This document shows, one piece after another, positions 54,701 through 64,000 of a DNA stretch of 64,000 nt. Both the position numbers and the translations under genes were made by a program. A model generated the notes under the pieces. That model was not told the origin of the DNA. It was given only the letters and a program-made list of their open reading frames with translations, and did no database searches. Source of the stretch: Phoronis australis (taxonomy: Eukaryota > Animalia > Phoronida); the NCBI GenBank assembly GCA_002633005.1, contig NMRA01000222.1, forward strand, positions 336,588 to 400,587, in the 5' to 3' direction. How positions within the stretch are numbered: position 1 is the first letter of the stretch; each line of letters opens with the position of its first letter.

Positions 54701-57700
54701 ATGGGATTCATTACTTTATAGGTAACTTTCACAATCACAGACACATAAGTCACACAGTAGACACAAACAAAATTGCCTTTAGGGGGGTCATCGGAACAAT
54801 CAAAAACATCCCAAAATCAACACCAGCCGGGGTCTTCACATCAGGAACACAACTGTCAACTGTTATTGGCAGATAAAGAGGCACACATCAAAACCGGAGG
54901 TTATAACTAATTTCATGTACCTTGTCTTGAGTCCATAAAAATATGTTGTTCCACAAACGAGCTTCATTGCTCCCCTCAACCTAGGACACAACAATAACAT
55001 ATTAAGGACAAAATGTCACTTTGAAAAGTAACAGTAAGCACAAGTCAATTCCATTTGTGACAGATGTACAACCAGAGAACAATTTGATCAGTTATGGAAA
55101 AAATGTTCATCCCAGGAAAACAATTTAACACATCAATTGCTAGGTCTCATTGGTACCATTTCAATGCATGTAATCAACTATGTTTTTGCCTGACTGAGAA
55201 CATTGCTTGCAAAGGGGTGTGACGAACGTACGCAAAGAATTTGAATTTTTGAAAAATATTTTTTAAACATAAATTGTCTGTGAATTGCAAAAATATTTAT
55301 TTTATGTGACTTAGTGAAACGTTTGTGAAGTACAACACAAATTTTTTGATATCTTCTTACTTAAAAGTAAACTGAATAAGTGTGATAAACACACGTGACA
55401 GACATACATTCTGAAATTCTAGTATATGTTAGTTGTGGCTAAGATAGCAATTCAGAATAATTCAAACTTTTGGATAATTTTGGTTTTGTGTGGTTCCACC
55501 AATTTGATAATATAATGAAATAGCCACAAGTATTACTAACTTATTTATAAAATAATTAGTAACACACATAAAAATCGAGGTAATTCTTTAGGGATAAGTG
55601 AATCCCAGCAATGGGTCTGTTTAGGAAAAAAATGAAAGTTATAATAGGAAATTCAAATATAGCCCTGAAACTAGAGAGACTGGGCTTTCATGTGAGATCA
55701 AAAATGTTAATATTGTCACAATACTAATTTTTTTGTCTCAAGGTTGACCTTTTTATAGAATTGTCCAGTAATAAAAACAGGACATATTTACACTCATCAG
55801 CATTCCAAGTTATCCTGTTACAAAAGATTGAAGAGTAGGCTACAGCAACCAGGCACACATCCCACAGAGAATCCTATTGATGTTCAAGATACTGAGACAG
55901 TCACCCCATCCCTGGTTTGCCATGTAGTATAAAGCATTGCAGAATTATTAACAGTGCATGTTCAACATGATGAGTATAACTGCATTGAAGGTAACTTGCA
56001 AAAACGATACAAGTTTTCACATATGTCAACTGTTCACAGATTAAGTGTTACAAAAGGCATGGCGTGGTGCTAAATGCGCTGCCACACAAGTTGGGCAGGC
56101 ACATGACAGCGTTCATGCAGGCATCAGGCTGCCATTGTCAAGAGTGCCAATAAATGAGGAAGGCGTGACAACGATGACCATAAACCATACAAGATACAGC
56201 AATGAAACAATTTCATTAGTAGTGCAGCAAAGATGCTTGCAAGATTGTACTACATGCCCTGTAATACAGCCTGTGCACATGACTAAAGCTGAAGTTGCGC
56301 ACCGGCCGACGTGACCTACTTTTGAGAGATAGAAGAACGGGCCACATCCACACCTTGAGAGGATTTGTGCATTGTGATACATCAGCAGACCAAAGTCAAA
56401 CAACGGTCCAGGAACCTCCTTCCCGTTAACCTGTCAGAGAGAAGCACCACTTAAGATTCAGGTTTTAAAGCATTGCAAGAGCTAGACTCGGCGCTATCCA
56501 GGTCTGTTGCCCCAACCTAAGTATAAATGCCATTATACATTTCCATCACACTCCAAGGCACCAAAGGTCCGCAATCCAACAAAGCACTTTTAGACTGCTC
56601 AACCCCCTAAAACTTCTCTCAATCCGTTCTTTAAGAAGTGGCCCTGGGTTGGAAAGAACAAACATTTCGCTATTGGTTGAGCCCAAGACTGGTCCATAAA
56701 ATTGCCTGCCGTGTCGAGTCATCAAGTTGTGTTTGATCTCGAGCAATCATAATTATCAGTTCTTTCCAGAAATTGTAAGTTCACAAAACAATAAGTTGAG
56801 ATCAGTGTTACGCCCTCACAGTAAGTGGCTTAAATCAAAGTCACAGTTTTTGGGACGGAAGGCAGGTTTATTTATTTCTTCTCCGGATTATGGTACAAGC
56901 TGGAAAAGAGATTTGCCGCACTTAACTCTATTTTGAAAAATAAAAAGGAAATGACCACACCTGGTTCGCGTTAAATTTTTGAAATAAAGCAATTACTGCG
57001 GATGTTTCGGGCTAACGCTGGATGGCCAGAGGTTCCCTAAATCCAGAACCTACTTAGAAGCCAATCTCAAATCTGTCAGAATTCCTTAGGGGAAAACGAG
57101 ATGACCTTCAGTTTAGCAAATTGCAGGTCAATCAAAACAGCTACAGTCTTGTTAACCAAGAATACTGCACACAGAGAATGGATTCATGGTCACTGACAAG
57201 TCATAATTCGTCAAATTCCAAATGTAACAGGAATGTCTCAATTGTCACAGTTTTTTTGGTGCTTTTTGCATGTATAAGAGACATCAACTTAATAAAGCTT
57301 TTGTCACACATGCGAGATGTAATATTTGTCAGCGATAAAGATGAACTCCGTAACTTTACTACGTGTGAAAAACGCAATCACCCCTCGATGCAGCAAAATA
57401 TCGCTGGAAAGCTAACCAAATACCAACAGCCTACTTGGCTCAGCAGATTACAATAAACGTATCACACAAGTCTGAAATTTCAAAACAATATCAAAAGAAT
57501 TTCAGGCAAGCAGGTTTTGCCTCAAAATGTCACCATGTCACATGGAATCCATTCTCTGCAAACATTATCTTACGTGATTCAAATGAGCGAAAACTACATT
57601 AAAACTGGTTGAAACCCATGTCACATGACATGTAAATTTGTTAAACTCATTTAGTATGACGAACCATCATGTTGTGTTCATACATGTTCCAAGCGCGGGG

Positions 57701-58690
57701 TCGTAACATCAACACTGGTGCTTCTTGTATGTTTGGTACCCCTGTAAAAAACACATGCTATGAGAACACATGACCCCAGGCATGCTGAAGAAGTATCAAT
57801 TGAAAGTACTCTGAGCTTACATAAATGCATACCAAATGTCCAAATGTCCCTGGTTACACAAGAAATGAGATAAAGAAACTTTTCTTTAATGCGCCGCTTG
57901 ACGTTCAGGGAATGCATTCAGACATTCAAAATCTTTAATCAAGTTTCCTAGTTTGTATTCTATGGCCACAACTTCAATAAACTAAAATGCCTTTCGCACT
58001 ATGGATTTAGAATGATGGACTAACATTCTTCTTGGCCACAATTAATTCAAAAACAATGCAAAGGGTGATTGAGACTGGTCTAAATTTAGGACAGTACTGA
58101 AGTTAGTATCGTTAAAAAGACCAGACTTGCGAGTGGACCAAAGTTATTCCGATTATGTAAGTGCAACACGAAAGGTTTAGACAAGATTAATTTTTTCAAC
58201 TCCCCCCCCCCAAAGTGCCTCACCACTTCACATGAGACTAGACTCTTGCGGTATTTAGCGCACACTTGTCAGTGAGTCATAGCTGCTCACTGTACAACTT
58301 TTATTATACAATGTCTCAAGGAAACAAACCTAACAGTGGTAACCAAATGAAACCAAGGTTCTGATGGGCATTTGGAGCAAGTCAGTGATTCGTATCGCAA
58401 CAACATAGCGACATCTTGCGTTTATTATAATGGTAAAGCTTTAAAGTTAGGACAGTGGAATGTCAGTAAGGTCAAGTGACAAAGGTCACGTGACAATTTG
58501 TGACAGTAGGTTATCAAGCTGAACTTAAATATGTTCAGACCGTGAACTAGTGCGAAAGCAGCTTAACAAACAGCGTGGGCAATGAACCTCAGTTACTACC
58601 TGCAAGTTGGTTGTGCACGACTTGGTAGACATTGTAGAGTCCTAGTAACTGATTGGACCAAGTTGGGCAATGGCCATCGTCAAAATCTGT
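45531..58690 (-). CDS. aceB: Malate synthase (type A-like, metazoan), 9 exons in window, 5' part not found in window
   Basis: In-frame spliced 1263 nt (420 aa + stop). Motifs [74 protein letters not shown]. Confidence 0.95.
46191..46331 (-). CDS. aceB: Malate synthase exon with catalytic Asp
   Basis: [47 protein letters not shown]. Confidence 0.95.
46755..46926 (-). CDS. aceB: Malate synthase exon
   Basis: [28 protein letters not shown]...[18 protein letters not shown]. Confidence 0.92.
47891..48086 (-). CDS. aceB: Malate synthase exon
   Basis: [41 protein letters not shown]. Confidence 0.95.
51384..51534. repeat. 76-bp tandem duplication
   Basis: aattttaaccatcgtaaacaatctata...atatgggca.tcac twice. 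Confidence 0.9.
52127..53189. repeat. 21-bp minisatellite spanning an assembly gap (~52307-52928)
   Basis: cagtcccctcagtatgg(a/g)tct repeated on both sides of the N run. Confidence 0.95.
54477..54633 (-). CDS. aceB: Malate synthase exon with Mg2+ ligands
   Basis: [52 protein letters not shown]; uses an AAG acceptor. Confidence 0.94.
54921..54980 (-). CDS. aceB: Malate synthase exon
   Basis: [20 protein letters not shown]. Confidence 0.92.
56320..56430 (-). CDS. aceB: Malate synthase exon
   Basis: [37 protein letters not shown]. Confidence 0.94.
57172..57558. mobile_element. MITE with ~18-bp TIR
   Basis: cagagaatggattcatg ... catggaatccattctctg. Confidence 0.7.
57665..57741 (-). CDS. aceB: Malate synthase exon with catalytic Arg
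   Basis: [25 protein letters not shown]. Confidence 0.92.
58600..58690 (-). CDS. aceB: Malate synthase exon
   Basis: [30 protein letters not shown] (cf. the ADFEDS..P.W.N motif). Confidence 0.9.
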
Positions 58691-59859
58691 CTGAAAAAAT
58701 CAGATGCATTAAAAACTACACCAGTCACTGATAGCCTTGATACGCACACAAAAGTCAACATCGTTGATAATCACAGAATCTTACTCTATGCTGAAAAGCA
58801 ATGTCCACTTGTTTGTGTTTGTAATCACACAAATATTGCATTTCTTTTTATTAATATATGGAGATCGGTGAATTTTCCATAAAGACGATCAATTTGAAAA
58901 AAATAGCAAAATGCTGTTCGTTTATTCTCAATTACCCTAGCTACGAAAGGGTGTCTGGGCTTTTCTTTTAGTTTCTTTTGAAACCTCAGCTCTCGAAAAT
59001 CATAACTTCCTATTTTTCAAAGAATGTTGACATCTTCAATTTTAACAGACAAGAGTGCAGTTCACAGGCTAAGCTGCCTTAAAGAAAATCCCAGACACAT
59101 TTTTTTAGCTAATAGAGTAAAGAAAAATAAATATTTTTTGTAAGTTTTAACATATGTGCAAAAATTCCATAATCGTAAGTAAGCAGTCACAAGATTACAA
59201 ACATCTGGTCATTATATTTGTGCTCATAAACAGACTCTGTGATGATCAAGGATAGGTCAACTATCAATACTTAAATTGAATGGGAGAAAAACAATGTTCT
59301 AAACTCACACTCTGAGAAAGTAAAGTGTACTTTTCAAAAAATCAAAAACAACTTTTTTACCAAACACATAGTTGCATGGCTACAAGAACGACAGAGTATT
59401 ACGAATGACATGCATACATTATTCTCGATCCCTCTTTTCAGAAAACTTAATACTTTTGATGGATTGTCAACCACTAAATCAAGATGAAGAACAATATGTG
59501 TCAATTAAGCATATATTTCCTAACCTTTAAGTTCACATTAACTCAAGGACTCAATCCTTACTCTGGCCAATTATTTCACTTTTAACGCATGTAAAGACTC
59601 GATTTCTCAACAATGGTCCTTACTTCTTTTGCTGTAATATTACCACGACAGAAACAGAAAGTTAATTTGCAAACTTAAGACAATGACTCTAATGAGACAC
59701 GGGTTATTGAGCTTAATGAGAAGTAGAAAGCAGAACACGGTAATGATGTGTTAATTACAAGCATTTCCGTGTATCTCATGCAAGAATGCCAGGTGTATGA
59801 GAGACCATTGTAACCCCCTGCACGAGAAGGAACGTGCGTGTACATGTATGTTAAGGTTA

Positions 59860-60086
59860 CAGGGTTTGGAATGACCAATGACAAAAAAGAGGAGTTTTCC
59901 AGGTGATGTATCGTTACACAAATATATAGGCTTGTGTGATGGCAATATTTTTTGTGTTGTAAATGTTTTTGCATGAATGAAGTCAATCATAAAAAGAGAC
60001 AAGAGGCAAGTGGAACTCAAATAGATAGAGGAAATGGAAACCAAAAAAGAGGAAATCCCCTTAAACGAGGAAAATTCCAAGCCCTA
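59860..60086 (+). mobile_element. Copy of the CAGGG MITE family with target-site duplication
   Basis: Collinear with 2263-2522; flanked by (ta)aggtta direct repeat (6-8 bp, boundary ambiguous). Confidence 0.8.
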
Positions 60087-61645
60087 AGGTTATGTAGGAC
60101 CCAGGAAAAAATCTAAATTTGGTTAAAGTCGTCACGTCCGATATAAGAAATGGGTAATTGGATTCATAGGAAACTTTCAGATAGTACTCTGCCTTAGGGA
60201 CTGTTCTCCAAAACACTGTTGGGAATTGTATTCCAAATGACCCGATTCTGTATGAACTTGATTTTCATGGAAAACTCTTAAAAACGAAATGGCACTTTAG
60301 AAAACTGTTGCAGTTTTAAAGCATTTTAGAGATTTGTTATTGAACATTTAATACCAATTGAAATTCGGCCGTGCTTATTGTACCCTCCACTTCGTGTTAA
60401 ATTTCACTACAAAATTTATAAAAAGACATGGTCACCTCATCCAGCTAATGGCAGAATAGTAAAAAGTCATAACTTAAATTCTACAGGCTTTCTATTTTCA
60501 GAAAATACCATATAGACTTCATAGAATTAAAATGTACAATATGGTTTTGAAGACATTTGGCTAAATATGCAGACATGTCAATATGGTCCTACAAAACCTT
60601 TAACTGCAAACAAGCTATCATTATGAACCATTCTCCTGGAGTGAAAAAAGAAAAAGAAATGTCCACTATGTATAATGATCTAATCCAGAATAACACTTGT
60701 CAAGCAAGCCTTTTGTGTTGGTACACAATACTGTGGTTAAGATGATCAGAACTTACAGTCACACAAAAGAATTAACAGGTGAAAGTTAAGTCTAATTTTT
60801 CTGAAAGTCAACTGTTTTTCTCCGTTCAAAGTTTTTTGGTGAAAGTATTTCCTACAAAACACATCTGCTTCATGACATTTGTTGAAAGTTGTCTGCAAAT
60901 AGTATTTTTAAATGGAGGTTAGCCTCAGGCCCATTGTTTACAACTTCATTGCTAGATTATGTGAGCTTATCAGATGAAACCATAAAATAAGAGAGCTGGA
61001 CTATGTAAACACTGGCTTGCAACCCTCAAACTGACAATGACACAGCTGTATCCTCACTGGCTGATCAGTCAATCCAGATACTCATTCTACTATACAGTGC
61101 AGATGCATAACAATTTAAACCTTCCTCAGGTCCCCCTCTCAGAGACACCAAAATTACCACTTGTTGACGTTGTCATCGAAGTCATGACAAGATGGGCTAT
61201 AAAAATGTTATGAAGATACAATTTTTAAATCAGAAGAATCAAGTATTAAGGTTGTAAACAAGAGCAATGCGAAGTGTTGAAATGCATCCACGACTGCATC
61301 GCAAACGATGTGCTTCTGGGAATGTCGGTAATATCATAAAAATAGCCATTGGGTGACACAGAGCATATCGGAACAGTCCAACAAAACTGCCATAAGGGGG
61401 CACAGCAAGAGCTGGATCCGTCCCAAAGTCAACGCCATCAACTGCAACAACAATTTAGCACAGATCCTCTAATTAGTACATAAACCACAGAATAAGATAC
61501 AAAAAAACAATATACTTCTTAAGGGAACACCAAAGTAATAAGAAAATTTGAAAATCATTGTCAGCCGTAGGAACATATCTATCAATTTACACAATGATCT
61601 TTAGAGAGGTTTTGCTGATAGTGAGACAAACACCAAAATAGACAA

Positions 61646-63011
61646 CAGGGCTCGACGCTATGAAAATCGCCAGGTCGCATTTTGCGACCAAGCCAAAATC
61701 CTAGGTCGCATTTTCAAAATCCAGCTCGCATTCATAAATTCCAGGTCGCGAAAATTTCCCGCCATTTTTACGGACCAAAATTGGCTTTTACGTCATCAGA
61801 AAATGCCTAGATTATGCTCTTGCGACGTTAAATACTCACGAATTTCATGTCGCAAAACTGAGTTCTTACAAGCATATCATGCATGCACCAGTTACCATTC
61901 TTCACTGGCGCCAACTGGTGAAAGACCCTGGAGCACAAGGCAGTTGCCGACGTGAAAGTTATATCAGTGCTCTCTAACCGACACATGCATTCGATTAGCT
62001 AAGTGTGCAACGTGAAAAAGAAGAAAATACTCGTTGAAAAGTATCCGCGACTTTTCAAGGACTGACTTGCTATATGACTGTCATCAAAGTCGTTAAAGAT
62101 CCAAAGATTGATAACTCTGAGTGCGAATTCCTTCTATTTGTTCGCAGGCCAAACTTTTCAACTTGGCGTTTGAAAAAACATCCTGTTGGAAGAAATTCGT
62201 GAAATGTTGCCCTACTCGCTGAATGACATATTGATACACGGAAACAATTCACTGCAAATTTCACAACAAAAAATGTGAGACTTATGCTGTTTATCGTTAC
62301 GTAGTCGATTAGTTTTCCATGAAATAAAAAGCCTCGAAATGATTTCCGACGGTGCGGGTTTCTACTATTCTGCCGAAAGCGCGTAAAGGCATGCCTGTCG
62401 TAAAAAAACGAGACGCATTTTTCCAAGTCACGACGATCGTCTGCAGGGACCGCTTTCCGGCACTAACAGTGGAACCGACCAGTGCCGCAGTGCGATCAGG
62501 CATATTGCCGTGGGTGTTGCCGTAACTTGATAAGGACACCTTACATGTAAAATAAATGTTTTTCCACCACTAAGCTTGGTAATTTCGTCGTTTAAGAATT
62601 AGTAGAAACACCGCTGCTTTCTGACGTACCATCACGTGTTATTCCGAGGTCCGAAACTTTCTTCGGCACATCCGGAAATTTGCAAAAAGCCGAAAGTATT
62701 GGTCAATAAAATGCGTCAAAGACCAATTCTGCATTCCCTTGTTCATGCGACATGTTTACAAGTCATCGGGAGCGCTTTTCTCAATGAATGTTCTTTTGAA
62801 CTTGATTTGGCAACAACCAAATAACGGTCGGAATCACCCGAGTTGCTCAACATTTCCCAGGTATCTGCCGCGAAGTTTACAAACTCAGCTCGCATAGGTT
62901 GGAAATTCCAGGTCGCATTTTGCGACTTAATGCGAGCTGGCCAAAATCTCAGCTCGCATTTCCAAATTTCAGGTCGCAAATGCAACCTGCAGCTCGTTAT
63001 GTCGAGCCCTG
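61646..63011. mobile_element. Non-autonomous hAT-like element with 5-bp TSD
   Basis: Perfect 11-bp TIR CAGGGCTCGAC/GTCGAGCCCTG; GACAA duplicated on both flanks; subterminal AG(G/C)TCGCA repeats at both ends. Confidence 0.88.
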
Positions 63012-63626
63012 GACAAAAAAACAACAAAAGTCGGCTCAGCACATGTGAAATCCATCCTAAAATGAAGTGTTGTTGTCTCCTTAACGTTATGTAATACCTT
63101 AGAAAAATGGCCATATTTGGCCGACTTCAGAGCATTTATAAGAAATGGGTGTTAAAATAATCATTGTTACCTATCAGTGGCCTGGTTATATTTGAGAAAT
63201 TGAGAGCCTAGTTTTCAAGCCCATCTTGGGCTCTTCGTCGGCGCACTGGCGGGTATCTCCGTGTCACGTGGTCACCTGTGGGTTGTGTCTGGCGGTGGTC
63301 AAATACCACCTGGTGGCTATCACATGAGAGGAGGACCTGGTAAATGGCAGGTAATTCTTAAGTTATATCTCTATTAAGAAGCCAGAGTTGAACAGAGACC
63401 GCAGTTATACATTTCCTGTCATATACCAGGGCCTACTTTCAAGTGACAACCACCAGATGGTGTTTGACGACCACCAAGCTCAGCCGACAGGTGACCACGA
63501 GACACAGCATCCCGACCACTGCACCGACGAGGAGCCCAAGATGGGCCCAAATGCTAGGTTAAATATAGCCAGGCTTCTGGTAGGTAACAAATATTATTTT
63601 AATAGTATGTAACTACACCATCCATT

Positions 63627-63790
63627 TACCGTAATCGTTCGGGTTAACGCCCATGCTCAATTAACCGCCCACCCCTACTTTAGGTGGATTTTCGATTTAA
63701 CCGCCCACTGCTCAGTTAAGCGCCCCCCTACGATTTTTGAAGATTTCCAGTTAAGCGCCCACCTCTCGGTTAAGCGCCCATCCCGGACTT
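63627..63790 (+). mobile_element. Left end of a TA-CCGTA-type (Tc1/mariner/pogo-like) element
   Basis: taccgtaa terminus followed by several ttaa(c/g)cgccc subterminal repeats; right end not in window. Confidence 0.55.
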
Positions 63791-64000
63791 TTAAAGAATG
63801 AAGATTTAGTGCCCTGTGCTAAGGAAACGGTGATTCCCCGACTTTTACAAAAAGATCGATGATCACAATGAGCGTAACAACGCCGGGCCTTCAAGACGGT
63901 GGTTTAGCAATGTGAATTACAATACAAGTAAGGAGTTCTTGTCTTGGGTCATGGACTCACTTCAAAATATAATACTTTAACGTTTTTGTCACTTTATTTT

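Noticed and set aside
45531-58690. Bacterial contamination or very recent horizontal transfer as the source of malate synthase
   Set aside because: Eight GT-AG introns with repeat families shared with the neighbouring metazoan gene
62070-63114. 118- and 123-aa ORFs as possible transposase
   Set aside because: No recognisable BED, DDE or dimerisation motifs; one ORF runs across the element boundary
58700-64000. 5' exons of malate synthase
   Set aside because: No recognisable match found by eye; presumed beyond the window, though a divergent short exon could have been missed

Overview
Intron-rich, AT-rich animal genomic DNA with N gaps. It is probably from a marine invertebrate such as a hemichordate or echinoderm; this is inferred from gene and repeat content only. 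Two multi-exon genes lie head-to-tail on the minus strand. (1) A secreted mosaic trypsin-family (S1A) protease. I reconstructed 28 phase-consistent GT-AG exons by hand (41602->128, 4114 nt, 1371 codons); the last exon lies left of the window. Domain order: signal peptide, Arg-rich segment, SRCR, C-type lectin, kringle, LDLa, PAN/apple, LDLa, SRCR, LDLa, SRCR, ShKT, ShKT, LDLa, SRCR, Pro/Thr linker, furin-like site, R|IVGG protease with intact His/Asp/Ser and Asp189. (2) An intact spliced malate synthase A-type gene with 9 exons in the window (58690->45531, 420 aa); its N-terminal exons were not found and are presumably right of the window. Introns carry many non-autonomous DNA transposons (Kolobok-like with TTAA, hAT-like with a 5-bp TSD, MITEs, Helentron-type elements), a tRNA-derived head, minisatellites, and a 2.15-kb tandem duplicate across a single N that is probably an assembly artefact. 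Most short ORFs in the supplied track are spurious. All coordinates were read by eye.
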